Part shown: piece by piece, positions 1 to 9,793 of the stretch
How positions within the stretch are numbered: the first letter of the stretch is position 1
How the letters are laid out: every line of letters begins with the position of its first letter
Virus record (IMG/VR): IMGVR_UViG_3300032053_000047
Span: 8,990-72,989 of that record
DNA from: a virus
Strand: one strand, 5' to 3'
Length of the DNA stretch: 64,000 bases
Made by a program: the position numbers and the translations under genes
The notes under the pieces: generated by a model
What the model was told of the DNA's origin: nothing
Databases searched by the model: none
What the model saw: only the letters and a program-made list of their open reading frames with translations

Positions 1-174
1 ACGATGGTTCGGCACAATGGGGTGTGGCGGCCGCCACGGCGAGAACTCACGGTTAGGCAAACAATAGACGCCTTTCTTGAATGGACTTCCGCCGCCAAAC
101 TTCCTAGATCTTCACCCTCCCGGTGAACGCCCCGCCAGTGCGGAGTTGTGGCCGCAAAATAACTGGCGGGGCAC

Positions 175-195
175 TTTACAGTATCCGGTACACTT
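175..195 (+). promoter_or_regulatory. Candidate late promoter motif TTTAC-N5-CCGGTACACTT
   Basis: Same motif recurs at 14560-14580, 14759-14779 and (partly) 27524-27534, always intergenic in the structural region. Confidence 0.5.
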
Positions 196-211
196 GCCCA
201 TAAATCCCCGC

Positions 212-1666
212 ATGGCAATACAACTGACACCTGCTGATATCCTGACAATTTGGAATAATTCGGAAACCGACCGCACCTTACAGACGGAACGGGCCGAATA
301 TTATGCGGGCGACCAGGCGATTTGCGACGAAACAGTCGAACGATATGACGGCCAGGACCGCAATCTCGTTGTCACCAACTGGGTTAGATACATTGTTAAT
401 AAACATGTTGGGTTTCTAACTAGCAAACCCATTCGCTATACGGCGCGGGAAGGGCAAGAGCCGGAAGCGCTCGTTAACCTGGATGCCATTTCTCGATACA
501 ACTACCTAAACGCCATTGATGTTGAACATCTAAGAAATGCGATCCTCGCCGAATTTGGTGTCGAGGTCCACGGGTTTGATGGCGAGCAAATTGAGATCAC
601 CGGATACCCGCCGCACAACTGGGCGTTTCTTGAAGATGCAGACGGCAATATCTTGGCCGCAGTGTACTGCGCAACGTTGCCGATTGGTACATGGTGGCAG
701 GACAAGATCCTAATAGCCGAACTCGATGTTTACACCTGCTATACCGATACAGAAATCATAACCCTTACTCTTGTTACCCAAAATGCGTCTGTGCCGGTGC
801 AGGGAATCCCAACTTCAACGCCTGGCGCAACTGCGGCAGCACTTCAGATTGTTGGTGAACCCGTCAAACACGAATATGGCTGCGTCCCGGTTATCCGTAT
901 GGCGGTTAGTGCTGACCGTACCGCCTTCATAGACAACGCTTTCATAACCCAGCAGGACGTGTTCAATGAAACCCGCAGCCGCAACGCTGACGATGTTGAA
1001 TATAACGTTGATGCACTTCTGAAAATCATTGGATACGCCCCCGATGCGATGACTCAGGTAGATACGGATGGCAAGACGTTCCTAGAGAAAATGCGGGAAC
1101 ATCGAATCCTGCCGCTTAAAGAAGGTGGTGAAGCCGAGTTTCTTACTAAGGGCAATGAATATACGAAAGCTGAATTTGATCTAAACCTCACCCGCGACGC
1201 GATTCATCTGATGGGATCTGTTGCTGACACTGAGGCTATTGCGGGTGCGACAGGTGCCACATCGGGGATCGCCCTAAAGCTAAAACTCCAACCTCAGATA
1301 GCCCAAGCGGGCGTATTTACCTCGTATTTCGAGCAGGGTATCCGCGAACGTATTGACCTCATAAATATCATTTGGGCAGCTCAAGGTAAACCGCTCCTCG
1401 AAGATTATGACGTGTCATTCAGCCTGCAAATCCCCATCAATGAACAGGAGATTTGGCAGGGACTGCCTTATCTAGATCCCTATCTAACTAAAGAAGACAT
1501 CTTGAAACTTATCCCCAGCGTAGAGGACCCAGCGGCGGCGGCAGAAGCGAAACAGGCAGAACTGGACGCCAATACGCCGACGTTTGAACCCCTTAACCCT
1601 GTGGGTGAGATAGACGAAGAGGACGAAACGGAAACCCCAACTGAAGAGGAAAACGTAAATGCCTGA
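212..1666 (+). CDS. Phage portal protein (SPP1 gp6-like)
   Basis: ~485 aa; YYAGDQAI, NWVRYIVNKHVGFL and TSGIALKLKL motifs typical of SPP1-type portals; first gene of the head module; start moved to ATG 212. Confidence 0.9.
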   Translation: MAIQLTPADILTIWNNSETDRTLQTERAEYYAGDQAICDETVERYDGQDRNLVVTNWVRYIVNKHVGFLTSKPIRYTAREGQEPEALVNLDAISRYNYLNAIDVEHLRNAILAEFGVEVHGFDGEQIEITGYPPHNWAFLEDADGNILAAVYCATLPIGTWWQDKILIAELDVYTCYTDTEIITLTLVTQNASVPVQGIPTSTPGATAAALQIVGEPVKHEYGCVPVIRMAVSADRTAFIDNAFITQQDVFNETRSRNADDVEYNVDALLKIIGYAPDAMTQVDTDGKTFLEKMREHRILPLKEGGEAEFLTKGNEYTKAEFDLNLTRDAIHLMGSVADTEAIAGATGATSGIALKLKLQPQIAQAGVFTSYFEQGIRERIDLINIIWAAQGKPLLEDYDVSFSLQIPINEQEIWQGLPYLDPYLTKEDILKLIPSVEDPAAAAEAKQAELDANTPTFEPLNPVGEIDEEDETETPTEEENVNA

Positions 1667-2366
1667 AGAAAAAACCGAGGATCAAAAGGCCGCGACGGAT
1701 GACGCTGCAAAAACGTCAACGGACGGCGCTATTGACACTCAAGACAAAGAACCCGATCTGGACACGCTTCTGAAAGACAAGCGGATCCAGGGCGAGATTG
1801 ACCGGCGGATAGCTTCATTGCAAAAAACAATGGAGTTAAAAGCTAAGGAACGCGAGGCGGCTGCAGCAGATAAGGCCAAACGCGAATTCGCCGAGGCGAA
1901 GTTACTGGAAGACAAGAAATTCCAGGAACTTGCTGAACTCAAAGCGAAAGAAGCCACTGATGCCCTGGCCAAACTAGAACGCTATGAACATGAAGCGAAA
2001 GTTGCTGCACTTCTCGACAAGAAGGGCGTGACAGACCCCGAATTGCGCTTATTGTTCATGCGTTTTAACGGCGATTTAACCGAACTGGACCCGGTGATCG
2101 ACAAGTTCCATTCACAGATCGAGGTCCAGGTCGAGAAGCGCGTCAATGAACGCCTCAAGACGCCGCCACCGCCGTCCAAGAGCGAAGCGAAACCCAAGGA
2201 AGACACTTCGCTGGACGCCCAAATTGCCGCGGCAGAAAAGGCCGGCGACTACAAAGAGTCGCTACGACTCAAGCAGATAAAAAGCAACCAACTCAATCAA
2301 ATCATGCGGAAAGCACCCGCGTCAATAACGGAAGTAATAATGCCCCCAATGCCGGGGCAACAGTAA
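1659..2366 (+). CDS. Capsid scaffolding protein
   Basis: Charged coiled-coil protein between portal and major capsid. Confidence 0.8.
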   Translation: MPEEKTEDQKAATDDAAKTSTDGAIDTQDKEPDLDTLLKDKRIQGEIDRRIASLQKTMELKAKEREAAAADKAKREFAEAKLLEDKKFQELAELKAKEATDALAKLERYEHEAKVAALLDKKGVTDPELRLLFMRFNGDLTELDPVIDKFHSQIEVQVEKRVNERLKTPPPPSKSEAKPKEDTSLDAQIAAAEKAGDYKESLRLKQIKSNQLNQIMRKAPASITEVIMPPMPGQQ

Positions 2367-2403
2367 CGTGTAATGCCGTCGGTGCCCGCTAGGAGAACCA
2401 CAA

Positions 2404-3357
2404 ATGGCTTCTCAGACAGAGCCTATTTCAACGTATGATGTCCCCAATTATGTAGGCGAGGTTCTTTACCTCGGCGCTACACTGGGGAAAAGCCCACTCC
2501 TGTCCATGGCGGGCCTGACAGACGGTTATGAAACATCCCAGTGGAATGAGTATCCAATGGGCAACGTCCTCAGTGGTAACGCTGCCGCGCAGAACGTCGT
2601 AACTGAAGATGCTTCTATTGCGGCTATTGCCAGAACCAGTTATGCCGCAGCCCAGGCAACGAACTTCCTGGAAATCCACGACGTATCATACGTCCAGTCA
2701 TACGCCCGCGCAGCCCTTCAGGGCGGAATCAGCGGCGTGGCTATCAATGGTGCAAAAGCTGCCGTGATTGGCAGCCTGGAAACCCAGCGGACAGCCCACC
2801 TAAAACAGTTGGCGTGTGATCTCGAATTCTCAGCCCTCCGCGGCACGGTCCAAGCATGGACGAATGCTGCTACTGCCGGCGCGACCCGCGGTCTCGTAAC
2901 CGCCATCGAAGCCGGGTCCGAAACTGCTGCGGCTGGCGCATCGCTATCCAAGACGTTGATCGACACCGAGATCGCGCGTATGGCCGCGGCGGGTGCCGAG
3001 TTCACTCGCATGGTGATCGCGTGCAACGCTCACCAAATGCAGATGTTGAACACCTTGTACGGGTTTGCCCCCCAGAGCATTACCGTTGCGGGCGTCCAAC
3101 TTCAGCAGATCTGGTTGCCAATTGCGGGCCAGTGCGGCGTGGTCTATGACTCCGTACTCGCAACCGACGACCTAGTGTTCGTGGACATGGAGCATTTCCG
3201 GCCCGTGTTCGGAATCGTGCCGGGCAAACCGCCGATCTTCGTCGAACCGCTCGGCAAGATCGCGGCAGGCGAACAGGAACAGTTGTACTGCCTGTTCGGC
3301 ATCGACTACTCGAACATCATCTTCCACGGCATGGTGAGCGGACTTGCCACGTCGTAA
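2404..3357 (+). CDS. Major capsid protein (DUF5309/SU10-like HK97 fold)
   Basis: 317 aa, strong SD (AGGAG), follows scaffold; LKQLACDLEFSALRG and EPLGKIAAGEQEQ motifs; followed by a hairpin. Confidence 0.85.
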   Translation: MASQTEPISTYDVPNYVGEVLYLGATLGKSPLLSMAGLTDGYETSQWNEYPMGNVLSGNAAAQNVVTEDASIAAIARTSYAAAQATNFLEIHDVSYVQSYARAALQGGISGVAINGAKAAVIGSLETQRTAHLKQLACDLEFSALRGTVQAWTNAATAGATRGLVTAIEAGSETAAAGASLSKTLIDTEIARMAAAGAEFTRMVIACNAHQMQMLNTLYGFAPQSITVAGVQLQQIWLPIAGQCGVVYDSVLATDDLVFVDMEHFRPVFGIVPGKPPIFVEPLGKIAAGEQEQLYCLFGIDYSNIIFHGMVSGLATS

Positions 3358-3378
3358 GCAGTAAACAGTTGAAGTGCG

Positions 3379-3402
3379 GCGGGGTCTAATAATAGGCCCC
3401 GC
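3379..3402 (+). terminator. Hairpin after major capsid gene
   Basis: GCGGGGTCT-AATAAT-AGGCCCCGC; weak U tail. Confidence 0.5.
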
Positions 3403-3430
3403 TAATTAACCACAAATAGAGAGGATCTAT

Positions 3431-3874
3431 ATGGACGCGATACACATGCAAGCGAGGCTCGATGCGTTTTATCACGAAATGTCCGCGATGATCACTGATG
3501 TCGGGGTACAGGATGTTGCTGAAACCGACCTCGATGAAATCCTTGTGATATTACGGGAACGCTGCCTGTGGAAGAAAGAAAACGACACCACACTAAACGC
3601 TATGGGCACTGGTAGTAAATCCCGTGCGCAGGCGTTTGGAGAACTCAGTCTTGGCAATGCGCAAATCCAACGGATTCTCAAAGAGTTTTATGTGGGGCGA
3701 CCAAAACTGAAAATGCTGGTAACGGAAACACCTAAACCGGAAACACTAGAAGCGCTTCCGGCATTTCCGATTCCGGTAACGCCCCTAGTGAAACGCGGGC
3801 CGGGTAGGCCTCCTAAAGTACGTGATGCGGAACTTGCGCCCCCGGAATCTGCCCCTACGCCCGAAACTGAATAA
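3431..3874 (+). CDS. Hypothetical protein with C-terminal AT-hook-like motif
   Basis: KRGPGRPPK near C terminus; SD GAGGA. Confidence 0.6.
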   Translation: MDAIHMQARLDAFYHEMSAMITDVGVQDVAETDLDEILVILRERCLWKKENDTTLNAMGTGSKSRAQAFGELSLGNAQIQRILKEFYVGRPKLKMLVTETPKPETLEALPAFPIPVTPLVKRGPGRPPKVRDAELAPPESAPTPETE

Positions 3875-3925
3875 CCACGGAACCAATGGGGGCGTTCACC
3901 GCCCCCTACGTGAAAGGACCACGAA

Positions 3926-4552
3926 ATGAAAACACACGGTAGTATCCAAAACCCCGAACTACGCATGATCCTGAATGCCGAAGGGTTGAAGCAGGTGGCG
4001 TTCATGCCCCTAGCGCCGGATGATGACTGGTTTAAAGTCTCGACCGTGCCGACGGCACACGCAACTTCCAGCGTGACCACGTTACTCGCCGCAGCAATGA
4101 CGTTACCCTACTGCCCCGGCTGGCCGGTTGTTCCCGTGTTGACGTGCATCGAAGACACGCACGATACGTGGACGGTAGTTTCGGCACTCGTTACGGGCAT
4201 CAACCAGTTTGGCGATTGGTGCCAAGAAACAATTGCGGGTGTGAATAGTCCCGCGAAAACATGGACCGCAACGTGCTTAAACGCTTACCAGACCTTGATC
4301 AGCATCGTCATCACGATCACGGGCGATGTTGCTGCGGCTGACAGGTACAAACTCGGGTTCAATAAAACCTATGGCGTCGGCTACCACCTCGAAGCGGCCA
4401 CGGACCTGATCTGTTCACTGTTCAACTTCGCGGCGGACGCGGGCACGTTGTCTCTGGCATATCAGACATACATTATTGCGGGTACGCCAGCAGCAAGCGT
4501 CGCAACGAATGTGATCCTGCTCATGAGGCCGCAGCACTACTTCGGCAAATAG
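3926..4552 (+). CDS. Putative virion structural/decoration protein
   Basis: Thr/Ala-rich, beta-type composition; located in head module. Confidence 0.45.
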   Translation: MKTHGSIQNPELRMILNAEGLKQVAFMPLAPDDDWFKVSTVPTAHATSSVTTLLAAAMTLPYCPGWPVVPVLTCIEDTHDTWTVVSALVTGINQFGDWCQETIAGVNSPAKTWTATCLNAYQTLISIVITITGDVAAADRYKLGFNKTYGVGYHLEAATDLICSLFNFAADAGTLSLAYQTYIIAGTPAASVATNVILLMRPQHYFGK

Positions 4553-4573
4553 GCCGAGGAGAGGCGGTGCATC

Positions 4574-4966
4574 ATGGCACTAGCAGTTACCAGAGAAGAA
4601 TATTGCGAGGACTGGCTCGCCTGTTACACGCTCGAATGGGTATCGGCTGCTGATGGCACGTTAAGCGAAATCATTGCGGCCATCCAGGGCACGATAGAAC
4701 GTATTGTGTTCAAACCCTCAAGCGATGCCGGTGAAACCCCGTTCAGTCTCTATGACGTGACCCTACTTGATCGGGATGGTATCGACATACTATCCGGCAA
4801 AGGCGCAAACCTGAGCAACACGGCGGCATCCAGCGTGCTCGTTACAGACACCACGCCGGTACTGCCGATTGCGACTATAGGCCTGCTCACGTTGAACGTC
4901 GCCCATGCCGATAGCGGCGGTGCTGGTACACACTCGGGCACAATCCGCATTTACCTGAGACGATAA
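4574..4966 (+). CDS. Putative virion structural protein
   Basis: SD GGAG; beta-rich; located in head module. Confidence 0.45.
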   Translation: MALAVTREEYCEDWLACYTLEWVSAADGTLSEIIAAIQGTIERIVFKPSSDAGETPFSLYDVTLLDRDGIDILSGKGANLSNTAASSVLVTDTTPVLPIATIGLLTLNVAHADSGGAGTHSGTIRIYLRR

Positions 4967-5023
4967 AACCTCCGGGGCGGGGCGTTCGCATCCTGCCCCG
5001 GATAACTCTATTGAGGGCGTGTC

Positions 5024-5464
5024 ATGGCGAGCACATGGATTTCTGAAGTCGCTGCCGATACCTATTTCGCAACGCGGCTCGGCGCATCAACCTACTGGAG
5101 CAGCGGGGCAGAAAAAGAGGCCGCGCTAACTACGGCACAATGGCAGATCGAGAATTCCGATCTGTTTGGCGGTTATCCCGATGTATCCGTAACGGGCGAA
5201 GTTGCAACGCAGGCCATGGCGGATGCCGTGTGCGAGCAGGCGCTGTTCCTATTGCAAGACGCCGATGTCGATACCCGCGTGAACCTACAGGCGCAAGGAG
5301 TTCAGCAGGCAGGCATGGTGCAGGAGACGTACAAATTGGGCAACGGCAGGATCGCCATATCGGGCCGTGCTTATGCGTGTATGCAGAAAGCGGGCTACCT
5401 CAAATACGGTAAGGGGTTCCGGTATGACAGTCTGGCCAGCCAGAACGCCGATGATCTCGACTAA
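5024..5464 (+). CDS. Head-tail adaptor (DnaT-like/gp6-type)
   Basis: WISEVAADTYFATR...KEAALTTA...AVCEQALFLL pattern of phage head-tail connectors. Confidence 0.75.
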   Translation: MASTWISEVAADTYFATRLGASTYWSSGAEKEAALTTAQWQIENSDLFGGYPDVSVTGEVATQAMADAVCEQALFLLQDADVDTRVNLQAQGVQQAGMVQETYKLGNGRIAISGRAYACMQKAGYLKYGKGFRYDSLASQNADDLD

Positions 5465-6810
5465 TGAAGGCAACCCACGTAATGCTTTTACAGCGGCGTA
5501 ACGCGCAACGAAATCAAGTAGTTGATAATCAGGAAATATACAAGTCACAAATGTCGCCGCCGATCCCGCCCTGCCCCCTTTCCACACAACCGATTTGCGG
5601 ACAACCTCTATACACGGTCCTCGACGACGGGGCTTGGGCGGGACAACGTTGTTTTCTAATTGGCGGCGGACCCTCTTTGATCGGATTCGATTTCTCGCGT
5701 TTGGATGGCGAACTTGTTATCGGGATCAACCGGGCGTATGAAAAAATTGATCCGGCGATCATCTACACGATGGATACCCGTTTTATCGCATGGGCATCTA
5801 GCGGCACTATCAGTATTGAGGCACGCAAAAAACTCTATACGTCATTGGCTACCCGCGTTTTTTCTCGGGCATCTACAAAAAATTATCCTAAAGGTTTTTA
5901 CATTATCGAACGTTCAGGAAGCGACTTGTTTCAAGGCAGTTTACGCAAAGGGTGGTGTGGGCACAACAATTCCGGGTCCGGCGCATTATCTTTGGCGATA
6001 GCCCTCGGCTGTTCTGAAATTTACTTGCTTGGGTTTGACATGCACGGCGATCCGGTTACGGACAAACAAACCTGGTGGCATTCAGGGTATCCGGCGGACA
6101 GCATACAGAAAGCCAGCGTGGTCTACAAGGCAATGCGGAGCGCATTCGGACATCATGCGGATGCCATTAAAGAACGCGCGCGCGTTATTAACTGCAATCC
6201 CGATAGCGCACTTCGCTGTTTTGAGTTTGGAGATCTCCCTGAACCATGTCCGCCGCGCCCTACGGTTGTGGGTTTCTACACGGCTGGAACTGGGTATGAA
6301 GCCGAAGCGCGAGAGATGATCGCCAGCGCTCACCGTATGGGACTCAGGACTGATGTGCGGGCAATTGAGAATCAGGGTTGGCAACGGAACACCTCGTATA
6401 AGCCGCGGTTGTTGCAGGAAATGGTAGAGAAATATTGGGAATCCGCTATCGTCTATACCGACGCCGACTCCCGGTTTATGCGTTACCCGGCGTTATTCAA
6501 TGCCGATGGCGGTCTAGCCGATTTTGCCTATCACCGCCATAAGAGCAAAGAGGTTCTATCCGGCACGTTATTTATCCGCTGTAACGAATCCACCGCGGCA
6601 CTTATGCGGCTCTGGGCTAAAACGTGTGAGCAAAATCCGCAGACATGGGATCAACGAAACCTGGAAATCGCGCTGGGCAAATGGGACGGCAACTGTTCCA
6701 TATTGCCAGCCGAATATTGTTGCATCTTCGATTACAAACCCGCTCCCGATAAGCCCGTGGTAATTCACTATCAGGCGAGTCGGCGGCTGAAAAAGGAAGT
6801 AGGTGCCTAA
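5464..6810 (+). CDS. Two-domain glycosyltransferase (Maf/DUF115-like N-terminal domain + GT-A nucleotide-diphospho-sugar transferase)
   Basis: FLIGGGPSL, IGINRAY, NNSGSGALSLAIALGCSEIYLLGFDM; C-terminal YKP, YTDAD (DxD), WDQ, HYQASR. Confidence 0.8.
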   Translation: MKATHVMLLQRRNAQRNQVVDNQEIYKSQMSPPIPPCPLSTQPICGQPLYTVLDDGAWAGQRCFLIGGGPSLIGFDFSRLDGELVIGINRAYEKIDPAIIYTMDTRFIAWASSGTISIEARKKLYTSLATRVFSRASTKNYPKGFYIIERSGSDLFQGSLRKGWCGHNNSGSGALSLAIALGCSEIYLLGFDMHGDPVTDKQTWWHSGYPADSIQKASVVYKAMRSAFGHHADAIKERARVINCNPDSALRCFEFGDLPEPCPPRPTVVGFYTAGTGYEAEAREMIASAHRMGLRTDVRAIENQGWQRNTSYKPRLLQEMVEKYWESAIVYTDADSRFMRYPALFNADGGLADFAYHRHKSKEVLSGTLFIRCNESTAALMRLWAKTCEQNPQTWDQRNLEIALGKWDGNCSILPAEYCCIFDYKPAPDKPVVIHYQASRRLKKEVGA

Positions 6811-7031
6811 TGTACTTCCTAGTCACCGGCGTACTGCGTGGCAGACCGGGCAAACATCATTTTGCGATCTGCGCCGATGACCATGAGCAGGCGGCCACGA
6901 CGTTGCGGCGAACACGCCCGAATCTCTGCGATGTTCGGTTTGAAGCATGGAAAATGTTTGCTGGAGAATCCTGGTTTAGTTACGAACTTGATGAAGATAC
7001 AAAACAATGCCTGGTAAAACTACAAAACTAA
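6810..7031 (+). CDS. Hypothetical protein
   Basis: Translationally coupled (TAATG) to the upstream gene. Confidence 0.5.
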   Translation: MYFLVTGVLRGRPGKHHFAICADDHEQAATTLRRTRPNLCDVRFEAWKMFAGESWFSYELDEDTKQCLVKLQN

Positions 7032-7219
7032 AGAGCGGCAAAGTCCGCGTGCGATGGGGCGGCAAAGTCGTTGCCAAGAAGACGACAAAGAAGAAAGCCC
7101 AAGCCCAACTAAGGTTGCTCAGGGGAGTCGAACACGGATGGAAGCCAACAGGGAAAAAAGCGAGCAAAAAGAAGAGCAAGAAGGCGAGCAAAAAGAACCG
7201 GCGGAGTAAACGGAAATGA
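7007..7219 (+). CDS. Small Lys/Arg-rich basic protein
   Basis: KKAQAQLRLLRGVEHGWKP plus a KKASKK repeat tail; ATGA overlap with the next gene. Confidence 0.65.
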   Translation: MPGKTTKLKSGKVRVRWGGKVVAKKTTKKKAQAQLRLLRGVEHGWKPTGKKASKKKSKKASKKNRRSKRK

Positions 7220-8094
7220 TCGGCCACTACGTTACCGGCAATGACAAGGCCCATCTATATACGCCCACCTATGAACATTATTTCAACTGTCCCATCATAG
7301 GCACATTCAACGTCAAGATCGATGGACGCATTAACGATTACCGGCCCTGTATTGTAGATGAGCAGGAACTAGACCGCCGCTTTTGGGTTGTCCGTATCAA
7401 TGACAAATATTTCGCATGGGCGGTACGTTGGCGCGGTTCAAAAATGCCGTACAACATAATCGAACTCGTGTCCAAAATGCCGTTACCCGACGATCTCAAA
7501 GAAGGCGATCTATCTATCGAAGTGCTGGAACCGCTCATAGGCGCTGAACTCCAGAAGTGGATATCTCAGCAAACCTACTGGTTCCAAAGTTTCTCATGGT
7601 CGCCGCAACGGGCCGACTCGGCACTAGTATGGAACGCCGTCAAGGATCATGTGGATTGGTCTGGCAAAACATTACTCGATATCGGCGGGGCAAACGGGGC
7701 GCATTGTTTCCCGCCGTCGCGGCTGGGGGCGCGGGTTACGTGTTTTGAACCCGATACGCCCGCCCGCGAAAAAGGGATGTTCATAAACGACCATATTGAG
7801 ATGTGTGACGTGACCTTCTGCGATGCCGACTCCGATGGCGTGTTCGACGTGATTTTCTATTTCTCCGTGCATCACCAATGGGATGAAGCCTATTCGCATT
7901 TAGCGGAAACGCTTGCGCAGTTTAAGAATCGGGCGCGAGAGAAAGTCTTTGTCGAACTGATTGTACCTGACCTCACTAACAAACTCACTGAACTGCAGAT
8001 TGACGCGATTGTCGGCGGTCAACCACTTCTAACCTATCGGCACAAAGTACGGCGAGTGCGGCGGATTTATGAACTAATAGGGGAAGCCGAATGA
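7216..8094 (+). CDS. Class I SAM methyltransferase with N-terminal riboflavin-kinase-like domain
   Basis: LLDIGGANG motif I and FDVIFYFSVHH; N-terminal GTFNVK...IIELVS..L...LKEGD. Confidence 0.75.
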   Translation: MIGHYVTGNDKAHLYTPTYEHYFNCPIIGTFNVKIDGRINDYRPCIVDEQELDRRFWVVRINDKYFAWAVRWRGSKMPYNIIELVSKMPLPDDLKEGDLSIEVLEPLIGAELQKWISQQTYWFQSFSWSPQRADSALVWNAVKDHVDWSGKTLLDIGGANGAHCFPPSRLGARVTCFEPDTPAREKGMFINDHIEMCDVTFCDADSDGVFDVIFYFSVHHQWDEAYSHLAETLAQFKNRAREKVFVELIVPDLTNKLTELQIDAIVGGQPLLTYRHKVRRVRRIYELIGEAE

Positions 8095-8837
8095 TCTCTA
8101 TCGTCATGCCCACGTATAACCAAGGCTGGTATATCGCTGAATCCGTCCGCAGTGTTCTGGCGCAAACCTATAGCGATTTTGAATTGATCGTTGTGAATGA
8201 TGCTAGTACCGATGATACCGCGCAAGTGCTTAGTGCGTTTTTTCATCCCCGGATGATTGTCTTGACACGCACCGAAAACGGCGGCACGGGATTGACGTTA
8301 AACACCGGATTCAATGCGGCGTCACCCCAATCGGTTTATGAGACGTGGTGGGCATCAGATAACGTGATGTACCCGCAGAACCTGGCGATCCTTACGAAAT
8401 ACCTCGATGATCACCCTGAAATAGATTTCGTTTACGGCAACTGTGATATCCGGCAAATGGATGCGAACGGAAAAGAGATCGGGCGCAAAAACTTACTGGC
8501 TGAGGTTAAAACACAGACGTGGGATTTAGATCGCTTCTTACAGTCCTACCACCTCGGCATCTGCTGGTTATGGCGTCGGGCATTGCGGGAACGGGCCGGA
8601 TGCTGGTTTCAAAAAACACCTTGCGAAGACTATGACATGACCGTGCGTATGGCCGCTGTCGGCGGACAGTTTGCCCATATCCCGCAGACGCTCGGGTGGT
8701 TCCGGCGGCACAATCAGAATATGTCATGCCGCATCCGGGGCAAGGGGATCGCGCCGAATTACGCGCAGAACTTGCGCAAATTTCAGTATATCCAAGAACA
8801 CGGTATCAGTGCGTGGATGAAAGAAACGGCGCAATGA
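8091..8837 (+). CDS. Glycosyltransferase family 2
   Basis: ISIVMPTYN, SVLAQTYSDFELIVVNDASTD, CEDYD. Confidence 0.95.
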   Translation: MISIVMPTYNQGWYIAESVRSVLAQTYSDFELIVVNDASTDDTAQVLSAFFHPRMIVLTRTENGGTGLTLNTGFNAASPQSVYETWWASDNVMYPQNLAILTKYLDDHPEIDFVYGNCDIRQMDANGKEIGRKNLLAEVKTQTWDLDRFLQSYHLGICWLWRRALRERAGCWFQKTPCEDYDMTVRMAAVGGQFAHIPQTLGWFRRHNQNMSCRIRGKGIAPNYAQNLRKFQYIQEHGISAWMKETAQ

Positions 8838-9793
8838 AGATCCTACTCCTAAATTTGGAATTCGATTGCGGCGGCGCATCTTGGAATCTGATGGAGGCGA
8901 TCCGGACGTGCCACCCTGGGCACGAAGTCAGGCACGCCATATTCAAGACCACCTACGCCGCTCCTAATAGTGACATTCTATTCAAGCGAGTAGAAGATCT
9001 GTTGCCGTTCTGCGAATGGGCCGATGTGATTCACTTCAATAACTGGCTTTGGACACACAAACCCGGCAACAATCGGCTCGGGTTCTATCCCGTTAATGAG
9101 TATGGCGGACCCTCGCCGTTTGAATCCGTATTGCAGGACAAAAGCAAAACTATCGTTTATCATTTCCACGGCGGCAATCACCAACTCAACCCGAAATATT
9201 GGCTTGACGAATGCACTCGCATTGGCGTTCGTATCCTGAAATGCGACCCGTTGTGTCCGATACCCGGTGCAACATGGTTGCCAAACGTACTCGACCTGAA
9301 ACCCGCGCAGGTCTGCCGACATCAGCCGTTCGGCGTGGCTATCATGGGCAATGTTAGCGATCAACGCCGAAACAATTATGCTATCCAATCCGTGTTGAAA
9401 TACCTCGATATCCCGCACAAGTTTTTTGGTGAAGTTCCCCGTCAAATTGCTCTCGTGGAACGCCGCAAATACCCGGTGTGTATTGATAATCTCACCCAGG
9501 GGTTCGCAGGCATGTGGACGTGGGAAGCCCTCGCCATGGGACAGGTGCCGATTGCGCGGCTGGACCCGGCGGTAACGGTGCAATATCAGGGTGCGCCTAT
9601 TGTCCAATGTCCCAACCTCGATTGGGTATCATTTCGACTTCGGCGATTTCAGGATGACCCGGTATTCTGGGATCAATGGTCGCGGGCCGGGGTTGCGTGG
9701 ACGGAGGAACACAATTCATCTGCCGCGGTAGCGGGCCGGTATATCGAGTTTTACCAAAAGGCAAAAGATGATCCAGACAATCTCAATCATTGA
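8834..9793 (+). CDS. GT-B (GT4-like) glycosyltransferase
   Basis: MKILLL start, ADVIHF, HFHG, WEALAMGQVPI; ATGA coupling. Confidence 0.75.
   Translation: MKILLLNLEFDCGGASWNLMEAIRTCHPGHEVRHAIFKTTYAAPNSDILFKRVEDLLPFCEWADVIHFNNWLWTHKPGNNRLGFYPVNEYGGPSPFESVLQDKSKTIVYHFHGGNHQLNPKYWLDECTRIGVRILKCDPLCPIPGATWLPNVLDLKPAQVCRHQPFGVAIMGNVSDQRRNNYAIQSVLKYLDIPHKFFGEVPRQIALVERRKYPVCIDNLTQGFAGMWTWEALAMGQVPIARLDPAVTVQYQGAPIVQCPNLDWVSFRLRRFQDDPVFWDQWSRAGVAWTEEHNSSAAVAGRYIEFYQKAKDDPDNLNH

Noticed and set aside
1-126. 3' end of a terminase gene
   Set aside because: Too short and no recognisable motif; reading frame ambiguous
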